Assembly (NCBI GenBank): GCA_963766715.1
Contig: CAVYBH010000002.1
Span: 160,001 to 224,000 of the forward strand
Length of the DNA: 64,000 nucleotides
Source of the DNA: an uncultured delta proteobacterium
Lineage (GTDB): Bacteria; Myxococcota; Myxococcia; Myxococcales; Anaeromyxobacteraceae
Direction: 5' to 3'
The notes below the pieces were generated by a model that did no database searches, was not told the origin of the DNA, and worked only from the letters and a program-made list of their open reading frames with translations. The position numbers and the translations under genes were made by a program. Of this stretch, positions 32,019 through 42,363 are shown piece by piece; within the stretch, counting starts at the first letter, position 1, and every line of letters starts with the position of its first letter.

Positions 32019-33200
32019 TCAGAACGCGAAGTTGGGCACCGGGACGCTGTCGCCGGCGGGGACGGACACGGTGGACCAGGAAGAGAGGACCGTCGTGTCG
32101 ACGGTGGTCACCGGGTCGGTCGTGGTCCTCTCCGCGGCGACGTCATACGAGGTGGAAGCTCCCGTGACCGGCAGGAAGGCGAGGGTGTAGGGCTCGGATG
32201 GTGCCACTCACGGACACCGGCTCGCTTCGCACGATGAGCGTCGCGGACGTGGTGCCGTCTCCCACCGGAACCAGCGTTCTGGCATGAACGACGTCACCCT
32301 GGTTCTCCGTCGCCGGAGGGGAGATGGTTCCGGTCGCGGAACCCGTCGCGGCTGGCAAGCGCGAAGGTCGCATTCCAGGTCGAGGTCGGGAGCGGACTGC
32401 GTGAGGATCACCCCCGCACTCGCCTTCGCCGCATAGGAGGCGGTACCGGCGGTGTCGGGGACCACCGGCTGGCTCACGACATGGTACGTGATGGCCTGGT
32501 CGCTGGCGTCCTTCATCGGCAGCAGGTCGAGGAGGTAGTGCCCGGTCGCGTCGGTGACCGCGGTCCGGGCGATGACCGGCCCCGCCACCCCGACGGTCTG
32601 TGCGGTGACGAAGACCCCGGCGGGCAGGGTGCCGCTCGCGTTCGAGAGCGTGCCGGAGATCGAGCCGGTGACGGTCTTGTCGAAGGCACGAACGGTGGGA
32701 CGCAGGATGTACTGGCCCGAGGCGCCCGCCAGGTGCACGAAGACCGATCGGTGCGCGTCGAAGTCGACGAAGACGTCGGAGGTGGTCCCGGGCCGTACGT
32801 CGAAGTTCACGGGCAGCTTCACGCCCGACTGCTGGCCCGACGGAACCTTGAGCGGATGCACCGACCCGTCCGCAAGGAGCTTCACGGTGTTGCTGGGCCC
32901 GAGAACGAGCCGCATCTGGCCGTAGTGGCCAGCCGGCAGGGTGGCGCCGTCCACCAGCGTCTCGGCCACTCCTCCCTGGAGGGCGAGGAGGTTGATCACG
33001 CGGTTCGGTCGCCCCAGGACGATCCAGCCGTCGCTGCCGTTGATCTCGACGGTCTGGACGTCGATGTTCACCTCGAGGTAGCCCGAGGAGGGGGCGTCGA
33101 CGAGCCGGACGGACATCTTGGCCGGCGCGCTCGTCGTGCTCGAGCCGCACGCGGCGAGCAGGGTGGCGAGGGCGATGGTGGCGAGTCTGCGTGCGTTCAT
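32019..33200 (-). CDS. DUF4382 domain lipoprotein with carboxypeptidase-regulatory-like region; frameshifts in C-terminus
   Basis: Lipobox LAAC; VRLVDAP, INLLALQGG, LPAGHYGQMRLVLG, LKVPSGQQSGVK, DFDAHRS, YILRPT. Confidence 0.8.
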
Positions 33201-33369
33201 GGTGGCTCCTGGCCCGGAAGGTGGGGGCCAGGGTTGAAACACGCGCGGCCCGGAAAAGTTCCGGCCAAAAATAAATACCTAGAAATGTCAGGTACTTGCC
33301 CGGCAGGAGTCCCGGACGCCCCTTCCGGTTGCCCGGGAACGCGACCACCGCCATCATGTGACTCGTCCG

Positions 33370-33567
33370 ATGAGCTCCTGGAGCTGCCAGTACGAGGCGG
33401 GTGGCCTCTGCAGGAAGGTGGACGGCGCCTACTGCCGCCCCGGCATGAAGGGCTGCATCCTGGTGGGCAAGGTGACGTTCCAGGACGGTGTCGTTCCGTC
33501 ACCCGTCTGGCCCGAGGGCGCGCGCCGGCGCGGCGACGCGCCCGACGAGCCGCCCCGGGACGGATGA
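33370..33567 (+). CDS. Small 4-Cys hypothetical protein
   Basis: MSSWSCQYEAGGLCRKVDGAYCRPGMKGCILVGKV; good codon bias. Confidence 0.65.
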   Translation: MSSWSCQYEAGGLCRKVDGAYCRPGMKGCILVGKVTFQDGVVPSPVWPEGARRRGDAPDEPPRDG

Positions 33568-33580
33568 CCCCCGTCGCCGG

Positions 33581-33859
33581 CTACTTCTTCAGGCTCGAGG
33601 CGTAGCGAGCGACCGCGGCAATCTCGTCGTTCGTCAGCTCGATCTTGTTCATCGGCGGCGGGTGCGAGGTCACGACCCCGACGATGGCGGCGGTCGGCTT
33701 GCCGGCGATGGCTGGCGCGGTGCCGCCCTTGGCATCGGCGCCGTGACAGGAAGCGCACGCCTTCTTGTAGATGGCCGGACCGTTGATCGTCGCGGGAGGA
33801 CCCGCCCACGCGGGAGCGGAGAGACCGACGACGACGAGTGCGGCGAGGATGCGCTTCAT
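33581..33859 (-). CDS. Periplasmic monoheme class I cytochrome c
   Basis: Signal peptide, CASCHG, APAIAG, distal Met (PPMNK). Confidence 0.88.
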   Translation of the reverse strand: MKRILAALVVVGLSAPAWAGPPATINGPAIYKKACASCHGADAKGGTAPAIAGKPTAAIVGVVTSHPPPMNKIELTNDEIAAVARYASSLKK

Positions 33860-34023
33860 GGAGTCACCTTTCGCTGGATGGTCGAGCGGGAAGATTTTCA
33901 CGGCTCGGCGACCCAGCGTCAACCCGGCGACTCTCCCGGGACTCCCCGTAGCGTCGGCCCAAGAGGGGGGCTCCGCGTTCGGTTACGATGCGCCGTCCGG
34001 GCGAGCGGCCCGAGGGAGATGCC

Positions 34024-35350
34024 ATGGTCGAGGACCTGCTGCCGGCGCTGGGGGACCGCAAGGGCGGAGGCAGGGGGCGGGCTCGCCTCGCGGGAATCCT
34101 CCTCGTCGGTGCGCTGCTGGGCATCGGCTTCCTCTTCTCCGCCAACAAGGGGATCCAGGTCGCCGGCACGAACGAGTTCTGCGCCCAGGCCTGCCACACC
34201 ATGAAGCCGGCGGCCGACGCCTACCGGAGGAGCGTCCACTTCGCCAACGCCGTGGGCGTGCCGGCCACCTGCTCCGACTGCCACATCGTCTACGAGAGCA
34301 CGCGCAACAAGGGCGCCTGGCAGTGGGCCCAGCTGGTCGTCTTCAAGGCGAAGGTGGGCCTCACCGACGTCGTCGACGAGATGCGCGGGACCATCTCGAC
34401 GCCGGAGAAGTGGGAGGCCGAGCGCGCCCGGCTCGGGAAGCAGGTGCGGACCTTCGTGAAGAAGACCGACTCCCGCACCTGTCGAGGCTGTCACGAGCTG
34501 CAGGCCTTCCGTTCCGGCTCCATGTACCAGCTCGTTCACGGAAAGATGATCGAGGCGAAGGACGTCGACTGCGTCTCCTGCCACCCGGGCGTCGGGCACG
34601 TCTACGACCGGCCGCCCGCCAATGCCCCCCCGCCGGAGCGGCAGCCGGCGGTGGCCAGCATCGCCGCCGCGCAGGGCAGGCCGGGACCCGTCGGCGACCT
34701 GGTGCGCCTCGGCAAGCAGCTCTTCCAGGACACCGCGACGAATCCGGAAAGCCGCCCCTACGTGGGGAAGGACGACAAGGCCACCTGCAACTCCTGTCAC
34801 CGGAAGGAGGGGACCGACCTCGACGCGCTCCCGCTCTTCGGGGCCGCGGCCGCCTATCCCGCCGACGTGGACGGCAAGGTGATGACGCTCGAGGGGCGGA
34901 TCGCGCAGTGCTTCGCCACGCACCTCGACGGCTCGGCGCCGCCGTCGGGGAGCCCGGTCCTCGTCGCGCTCTCCACCTACGTCACGTCCCTCTCGGAGGG
35001 GCGGCGCATGGCCATGAGCGCCACCGGTGGGGGCCCCCGGGCGCTCGCGCCCATCGCGCGAGACGCGCCGTTCTGGTCGAGGATCCGATGCCGCCGCCGG
35101 CAAGACCCTGTACGGCCAGAAGTGCGCCGACTGCCACGGCGCGGACGGTGCGGGTGGCGGTGGACCGGCCGTGTGGGGGCCGGGCGCCTGGAACGCCGGC
35201 GCTTCCCTGGCCAGGCCGCCGAAGCTCGCGGCCTACGTCCAGAAGGCGATGGCGGCCTACGCCGGGAGCCTCTCCGACGAGCAGGCGCGCGACCTGGCGG
35301 CCTTCATCGACTCGCAGCCTCGCCCCGGGTTCACCCCACCCGGACGGTAG
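34024..35350 (+). CDS. NapC/NirT tetraheme domain fused to a TsdA/SoxA-like diheme domain (about 6 hemes); frameshift ~35085
   Basis: TM anchor; CAQACH, CSDCH, CRGCH, CVSCH; GTISTPEKWE (NapC-like); then CNSCH, TLEGRIAQCF, CADCH, VWGPGAWNAGA, QKAM. Confidence 0.82.
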
Positions 35351-35498
35351 CCGCACCACCCCACGCGGCTGTATCGAATCGGGACGGTGCCCCGTTCCGG
35401 AACGCGGCCGCCGGCGCCCCCGTCCCCACCGGGACGGCCGGGTGCGCCGCGCTGCGTGTCGATCCGGAACGGATCCAGGGCGCGGGCCGGGAGGCGCA

Positions 35499-35514
35499 TG
35501 GCACGCGGCGTGCT
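35499..35514 (+). promoter_or_regulatory. Putative sigma54 promoter of the binding-protein/kinase operon
   Basis: TGGCACG-CGGC-GTGCT (GG-N10-GC), ~37 nt upstream of ATG 35552. Confidence 0.7.
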
Positions 35515-35551
35515 CTTCTCGTCCCTGGCTGGAAAATCGGAGAGCACGCAC

Positions 35552-36355
35552 ATGACCCTTCACCGAGCGTTCTGGATCAGCTGTCTCGTCGCGGCGGGCG
35601 TGGCCCGGGCCGAGCCCGGACCCGCGGCCCCCTCTCGCCTCGAGCGGGTGAAGGCCGCCGGCGAGCTGCGGATCTGCATCTGGCCCGACTACTACTCCAT
35701 CACCTTCCGCAACCCGAAGTCGGGAGAGCTCTCCGGCATCGACGCCGCCCTGTCCCTGGCGTTCGCGAAGGACCTGGGGGTCAAGGCGGTCCACGTCGAC
35801 TCCAGCTTCCCGGCCTTCATCGGCGACCTCCTCGCCGATCGCTGCGACGTGGCCATGTTCGGGGTGGGCATGCTGCCGGAGCGGGCCGCCCGGGTTCGCT
35901 TCAGCCGGCCGTACCTCCGCTCGGACATCTGGGCGGTGACCACGCGGACCCACCCGACCGTGAAGACGTGGGACGACATCGACCGCCCGGGCCGCGTCGT
36001 CGTGGTCCAGGCCGGCACCTTCATGGAGCCGGTCATGCGGAACTGGCTCAAGCACGCGGAGCTGGTGAGCGTGAAGCCTCCCGCCACCCGCGAGCGCGAG
36101 ATCCAGTCCGGCCGCGGCGACGTGTTCATGACCGACTACCCGTACAGCCGGCGGGTCATCGACAACGCCGACTGGGCCCGGGTGATGGCCCCGGAGAAGC
36201 CGGTGTTCCCGCTCTCCTACGCCTATGCGGTGGCGCCGGGAGACGACGCCTGGCTCGCGCGCGTCGACCGGTTCGTCGCCGACATCCAGGCCGACGGCCG
36301 CCTGCGGGAGGCGGCCCACGCCGCGAAGCTCGACCCCATCGTCCTCCTCCAGTGA
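35552..36355 (+). CDS. Family-3 periplasmic solute-binding protein (cyclohexadienyl dehydratase-like)
   Basis: Signal peptide; GELRICIWPDYYSI, SGIDAAL, RAARVRFSRPYL, DVFMTDYPY. Confidence 0.85.
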   Translation: MTLHRAFWISCLVAAGVARAEPGPAAPSRLERVKAAGELRICIWPDYYSITFRNPKSGELSGIDAALSLAFAKDLGVKAVHVDSSFPAFIGDLLADRCDVAMFGVGMLPERAARVRFSRPYLRSDIWAVTTRTHPTVKTWDDIDRPGRVVVVQAGTFMEPVMRNWLKHAELVSVKPPATREREIQSGRGDVFMTDYPYSRRVIDNADWARVMAPEKPVFPLSYAYAVAPGDDAWLARVDRFVADIQADGRLREAAHAAKLDPIVLLQ

Positions 36356-39257
36356 AGGCCCCGACCGACAGCCCGGAGAGCCTCCGTCCCTGGCGAAGGG
36401 TCGAGTCCCTCGTCCGGGTCGCGTCGCTGGCCTTCGCGCTGGTGGTGGTGGCCGCCACCGTCTCGCACCTCCTGCAGCTCCGGCGCGCGCTGGAGGCGGA
36501 GGTCCAGGGGCGGACCGCGACGCTGGCCCGCGTCCTGGCGACGGACGTCGACCGGACGCTGTCCGCCCTCCAGCTCCAGTTCGACGCGGTGGCCGAGCCG
36601 CTGGAGAGCCTGGTCGCCCGGGGGCGCGTCCCCGAGGCCGACGCGCTCCTGGCGTCGCAGACCGTCCAGAACGACCTCCTCCGCGAGATGGCGATGGTCG
36701 ACTCCGCCGGCCGGATCGTCGCCTCCTCCGACCCCGGCGCACGTCGGGATGGACCTCTCCGGGAGCGAGCTGCTCTCCGCGCCCCGGGACGGACGCCTCC
36801 GGATCGGCGAGCCCACCGAGGGGCGGTCCTTCACGCCGGGTGGCAACGCCAGGAAGGGGGCGGCCTTCGCGAGGACCGGCTTCCTCCCCATCTCGCGCCC
36901 GATGGGCCGCGGGGCCGGACGCCCCCATCCTGGTCGCGATCCTCGGTGTCGACAGCGTGGTGAACGAGCTGCATCACCTGGCCGGGGAGGACCTGGAGGG
37001 ACTCACCGTCTTCCGCTACGACGGGAAGATCCTGGCCGTGAACTCCGACGCGCTGCTGGCGCCTCGCGACGGCCATCCCATCTTCCGGGACTTCCTCCCC
37101 GGGAAGGAGCAGGCCGGATTCGACGATCGCACGAGCGACGGGAAGCGGTGGCTCGCCCACTTCGACACCACCGACGGCTTCCCGGTGGTCGTCGAGGTCC
37201 GGACGCCGGAGACGGTGGTGACGTCGCGGTGGAAGGGCGAGCTGGCCGGACCGCTGCTGGTGATGGGCGCGATCCTCGTCGCCATCCTCTTCTACACCTG
37301 GCTCATCCACCTCTCGCTCCGGCGGCAGGCCGACTCGGTCGGAAAGGTGAAGACCCAGGAGCGCCGCCTGCGGAACATCCTCGACACCGCGGCCGACGCG
37401 ATCGTCACCATCGACCAGCGCGGCGTGATCCGCGAGTACAACCGGGCGGCGGAGACCGTCTTCCAGATGCCCGCCGCGGAGGCGGTCGGCCGGCCCCTCA
37501 CCGCGCTGCTTCCCCCGGAGCTGGCCGGGCACCAGGCCTATCTGGAGCGGTATCTCGCGACCGGGAGGGCCACCATCCTGGGGCACGGCCGCACGCTCCA
37601 GACCCGCCGCCGCGACGGGAAGCCCATGGTGGTGAACCTGGCGGTCAGCGAGGTGCTCGACCAGGGCGAGCGGTACTTCACCGGCATCGTCCGCGACGTC
37701 ACCGGCCTGCAGGAGGCCGAGGAGCGGTTCAGGACGCTGTTCCAGCGCTCGGGCGAGCCCCACCTCCTCTTCGACTCCTCGGGGCTCGTGGACTGCAACG
37801 ACGCGGCCACCGAGCTCCTCGGCGCCGGCGCGCGCGGCGAGATCCTGGGCATGACCCTCGCCGAGCTGGCCAGCCCGGAGCAGGGGCCCGATCGGAAGCC
37901 GGGCGCCGAGGTCCTGGCCGCCGCCGAGGCCGACGCCCGGCGGGAGGGCGTCCGGCGGCTCGAGTGGACCGCCCGCACGGTCGGCGGCCAGCCCTTCCCG
38001 GTGGAGATGACCCTGACGCCGGTCCGTCTCGCGGACCAGGACGCCATGCTGGTCGCCTGGCACGACATCGCCGAGCAGCAGCGTCACGAGCAGGAGCTTC
38101 GCGCGGCCCGCGACGCGGCGGAGGCGGCGGCGCAGGCCAAGGCGAGCTTCCTCGCCATGATGAGCCACGAGCTCCGGACGCCGATGACCGGGATCATCGG
38201 CATGATCGAGCTGCTCGGGGAGTCGGCCATGAGCGCGGAGCAGCAGCGCTTCGTCGGCGCGCTGGAACGGTCGGCCCAGTCGCTCCTCCGGGTCCTGAAC
38301 GACGTCCTCGACTTCTCGAAGATCGAGGCGGGGCGGCTCGAGCTGGAGGCGGTCGAGCTCGACCTGGCGGCGACGGCGGGCGAGGTCCTGGAGCTCCTCG
38401 GCGGCGCGGCCTCCGGGCAGGGCGACGAGCTGCGCGCCGACTGGACCGCGGAGCGGGTCCCGCGCCTGCGGGGCGACCCCACGCGCCTCCGGCAGGTTCT
38501 CGTGAACCTGGTCGGAAACGCCATCAAGTTCACCCGGAGAGGACGGGTGACCCTGTCGATCCGGTGCGCGCCCGAGACGGTGGACGGCCTCGTGCCGGTC
38601 CGGATCGAGGTCAGGGACACGGGGGAGGGGATCGCGCCCGACGTCCTCCCCACGCTCTTCCGACCCTTCCAGCAAGCCGACAGCTCGACCACCAGGAGGT
38701 TTGGCGGCACGGGACTGGGGCTCGCCATCTGCCGCCGGCTCGTCGATGCGATGGGCGGAGTCATCGGCGCCGAGAGCGAGCCGGGGCGCGGCTCCCTCTT
38801 CTGGCTCGAGGTGAAGCTGCCCCGCGTGGCGGAGCTGTCCGTCCCGCCGCCGCCGGCCGAGAAGGGACCTTCGGCTCGCGGCCTGCGCATCCTGGTGGCC
38901 GAGGACAACGGGGTGAACCGGCTGCTGATCGGAACCCGCCTGCGCCGCGGCCAGCACCAGGTGACGCTGGTCGAGAACGGCGTGAAGGCGGTGGAGGCCG
39001 TCCGGGAGCAGGATTTCGACCTCGTCCTGATGGACATGCAGATGCCCGAGCTCGACGGCGCGGGCGCCACCCGCGAGATCCGGCGCCTGCCCGGGGCCGC
39101 CGGCCGGGTGCCCATCGTGGCGCTCACCGCCGACGCGCTCCCCGGGTTCCGGGAGCAGTACATGCAGGCCGGCCTGGACGACTACCTCACGAAGCCGGTG
39201 GACTGGGACGCGCTCGACCGGGTCCTGCTCCGCTTCGCCCCGCCCCTGGCGTCGTAG
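36352..39257 (+). CDS. Hybrid sensor histidine kinase (Cache-like periplasmic domain, 2 PAS, HisKA, HATPase, REC); frameshifts ~36740 and ~36920
   Basis: GTGA overlap with the SBP; FLAMMSHELRTP, NLVGNAIKFT, DTGEGI, GGTGLGL, AEDN, DMQMP, TKP. Confidence 0.92.
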
Positions 39258-39318
39258 CGGGAGTCGCCGGCGCCCCTGGCTCCGGGGTCACTTCGGGTTA
39301 CCATGAGGAACTGGCCCC

Positions 39319-39981
39319 ATGGACCTCCAGGCCCTCCGTCTCAGCCTCACCCTCGCCGCCGCGACCACCGCGAGCCTCCTCGTCATCGGGCTGCCGCTCG
39401 CTGCCTGGCTCGCCTCGACCCGCTGGCGGCTCAAGGTGCTCGTCGAGGCGGTCGTGGCGCTGCCGCTCGTGCTGCCGCCCACCGTGCTGGGCTTCTACCT
39501 GCTCGTCGCCCTGGGGCCGCGGAGCCCGCTCGGCCAGGCCTGGATCACCACCTTCGGCCGCCCGCTGGCGTTCAGCTTCGAGGGGCTCCTCGTCGCCTCG
39601 ATCCTCTACGGGCTTCCCTTCGCGGTGCAGCCCTTCGCGGCCTCGCTGTCGTCGGTCGACCGCCGGCTGGTGGAGGCGTCGTACAGCCTGGGAGCGTCCC
39701 GGCTGCGCACCTTCCTGCGCGTGAGCCTGCCGCTGGCGGGCCCCGGCGTCCTGGCCGGCTGCATCCTGACCTTCGCCCACGCGCTCGGGGAGTTCGGCGT
39801 GGTGCTCATGGTCGGAGGCAACATCGCCGGGGAGACCCGGACCCTCTCGATCTCCATCTTCGACTCGGTGGAGCAGCTCGACTACGCCACCGCCGGCCAG
39901 ACCGCGCTCTTCCTGCTCGCGGTCTCGTTCGCGGTGCTCGTCGTCACCTACTCGCTGCGGCGGCGTCCGGTCCTCGGATGA
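39319..39981 (+). CDS. modB: Molybdate ABC transporter permease
   Basis: LPLVLPPTVLGFYLL, EASYSLGA, FAHALGEFGVVLMVGGNI. Confidence 0.93.
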   Translation: MDLQALRLSLTLAAATTASLLVIGLPLAAWLASTRWRLKVLVEAVVALPLVLPPTVLGFYLLVALGPRSPLGQAWITTFGRPLAFSFEGLLVASILYGLPFAVQPFAASLSSVDRRLVEASYSLGASRLRTFLRVSLPLAGPGVLAGCILTFAHALGEFGVVLMVGGNIAGETRTLSISIFDSVEQLDYATAGQTALFLLAVSFAVLVVTYSLRRRPVLG

Positions 39982-41084
39982 GCCCGCGCCTCCTCCTCGA
40001 CGTCGAGCGGCATCACCGGGGCGGGCCGACCATCCGGGCGGCGCTGGACGTGGAGCTCGATCCCGGCCAGGTGCTCGTCCTCTTCGGCCCGTCCGGATCG
40101 GGAAAGACCACGGTCCTGCGATGCCTGGCGGGACTGGACCGCCCGGACGCGGGGTTCATCCGCTTCGACGGGGAGACCTGGTTCGACGGCGCGGCCCGCG
40201 TCTTCGTGGCGCCGCAGCGGCGAGGCGTGGGCCTCCTGTTCCAGGACCACGCGCTCTTCCCGCACCTGTCCGTGGAGGCGAACGTCGGCTACGGGCTCCA
40301 CGGCGCACCGGCCCCGGAGCGGAGGGAGCGGGTGCGGGAGATGGCCCGCCTCCTCGGGATCGAGGACCTGCTCGCGCGGCGTCCGGGGCAGCTGTCCGGG
40401 GGGCAGCGTCAGCGGGTGGCGCTGGCCCGGGCGGTGGCCGTGCGCCCCAGGCTGCTCCTGCTCGACGAGCCGCTCTCGGCGCTCGACGAGCCCACCAGGG
40501 AGGACCTGCGCGGCGAGCTGCGCACGCTCCTCCAGCGAATGGGCGTGCCCTCCGTGGTCGTGACGCACGACCGCACCGAGGCCCTCGCCCTGGGCGATCG
40601 GCTGGCGGTCCTGGCGGAGGGGGGCATCCGCCAGGTGGGGGCGGTCCACGAGGTCTTCAGCCAGCCGGCCGACGTGGAGGTGGCCCGCATCGTCGGCACG
40701 GAGAACGTGACGCCCGTCCGGATCGTCGGGCGGGAGGGAGGGCTGGTGCGGTTCCAGGTCGGGGGCGCCCAACTGGTGGCCGTCGACCCCGGACACCTCG
40801 ACGGAGAGGCCTTCGCGTGCATCCGGGCCGAGGAGGTGATGCTGGAGCGGGGCGCCGACGCGGTGACGAGCGCGCGCAACCAGCTCCCCGGCACGGTCGT
40901 GGCCATCACGCGGGAGGGACCGCTCCTGCGCGTGACGCTCGACTGTGGATTTCGGCTGGTGGCGCTCGTGACCCGGCCCGGCGCCGAGCAGGTGGGGCTC
41001 GCCGTGGGGCAGCCCGCCGTGGCGCTCGTCAAGGCGCCGGCGATTCGCCTCGTGCCGCGGGGAAGCGGCCCGGGAAGGGGCTAG
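39978..41084 (+). CDS. modC: Molybdate ABC transporter ATPase with TOBE/Mop domain
   Basis: GPSGSGKT, LFPHLSV, LSGGQRQRVALAR, LLLDEP, TSARNQL..VKA; ATGA coupling to modB. Confidence 0.92.
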   Translation: MSPRLLLDVERHHRGGPTIRAALDVELDPGQVLVLFGPSGSGKTTVLRCLAGLDRPDAGFIRFDGETWFDGAARVFVAPQRRGVGLLFQDHALFPHLSVEANVGYGLHGAPAPERRERVREMARLLGIEDLLARRPGQLSGGQRQRVALARAVAVRPRLLLLDEPLSALDEPTREDLRGELRTLLQRMGVPSVVVTHDRTEALALGDRLAVLAEGGIRQVGAVHEVFSQPADVEVARIVGTENVTPVRIVGREGGLVRFQVGGAQLVAVDPGHLDGEAFACIRAEEVMLERGADAVTSARNQLPGTVVAITREGPLLRVTLDCGFRLVALVTRPGAEQVGLAVGQPAVALVKAPAIRLVPRGSGPGRG

Positions 41085-41613
41085 GAGGCGTTCCGCGGAG
41101 CGCCGGGCTCGACGGGGGTCGAGGTCATGGCGTCGACCGCCGGAGCAGCTCGAGCGCCATCTGCCAGTCGGTCCAGGACTCGACCTTCGACGAGTCGTCG
41201 CCGGCCACGTCCGCGTCGCGCGTGAAGACGACCACGCAGCCGGCGGGGGGAACCGCGGTGCCGGAGGCCTGGTAGCGGACCGACGCCGAGTTCCAGTCGG
41301 TCGCGACCAGCAGGCGGCCGTCGTGCAGGTCCTGGGTCTGGAATCCCAGCGAGAAGAAGTTCGCCATGCCCGACCGCGGCGGCTGGCCCGCGGCCGCGCG
41401 GTCGTCGCCCACCAGCTGGAACTCCTTGCTGGCGAGGAGCCGCAGCACCTCCGGCCACAGCGACGGGCAAGGCCTGGGGTAGACGTGGACGCCGGCGTCG
41501 TCCGGGGGCGCGCCGTGAGCCGAGGCCTCCCGGGTCGCGGTGCATCCCGCGCCGGCGAGGAGCGCCACGCCCGCCGCGAGGGCCAAGGTCCACCGGTGAA
41601 TCCCCGTCCGCAT
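41081..41613 (-). CDS. Uncharacterised lipoprotein (paralogue of 29429..29980); C-terminal frameshift
   Basis: Lipobox GAGC; WPEVLRLLASK, GCVVVFTR, DWQMALELL. Confidence 0.72.
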
Positions 41614-41757
41614 CCCAGCCTCCCGATCCCAGCACGACGGTAAGACGCCCGGAGGGCGGGCTGCATCCGTCTCTTGGGGCCGGCCACGCACGGGGCGGGT
41701 CCTCTCGACGCCGGCGCTCGTTGCGCTCGAGGTGCGCGCGTGCTTACTTCCGCCGCC

Positions 41758-42363
41758 ATGGCCCCAGGAGAGCGATTCGACGCCGGGTACTACCACCGCC
41801 ACTACCACGGGCGAGAGCGCGTCCATTCCCCCCGGCAGATTGGCCGACTGGCGTCCGGTGTGGCGGGCATGGCGGACTGGCTGGGCGTGGAGATCCGGAC
41901 GGTGCTCGACGTCGGGGCCGGCCCGGGATTCTGGCGGTCGTGGTTCCGGCGCCACCGGCCGGACGTGCGCTACCTCTCCACCGACTTCTCGCCGTGGGCC
42001 TGCCAGCGCTACGGGCACGAGCGCCGCGACATCTCGGCCTGGCGGCCGCGCGCCCGGTTCGACCTGGTGGTCTGCCAGGGCGTGCTGCAGTACCTCGGCG
42101 ACGAGGAGGTCCTGCGCGCCGTGGAGAACCTGGGCGCCGCCTGCCGGGGACTCCTGTACCTGGAGGTGGTGACCCGCCACGACCTCGAGGAGGTGGTGGA
42201 CGCGGATCTCACCGACACCGACATCCACTCGCGGCCGGGGGACTTCTACCGCCGCGCGCTCACGCCGCACTTCCGGCAGGTGGGTGCGGGGCTGTGGAGC
42301 GCCCGCTCCGCCGACCTGCGCTTCTACGAGCTCGAGGCGCCCCCGGACGTCAGTCCGCCGTAG
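41758..42363 (+). CDS. Class I SAM-dependent methyltransferase
   Basis: VLDVGAGPG, FDLVVCQGVLQY. Confidence 0.85.
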   Translation: MAPGERFDAGYYHRHYHGRERVHSPRQIGRLASGVAGMADWLGVEIRTVLDVGAGPGFWRSWFRRHRPDVRYLSTDFSPWACQRYGHERRDISAWRPRARFDLVVCQGVLQYLGDEEVLRAVENLGAACRGLLYLEVVTRHDLEEVVDADLTDTDIHSRPGDFYRRALTPHFRQVGAGLWSARSADLRFYELEAPPDVSPP

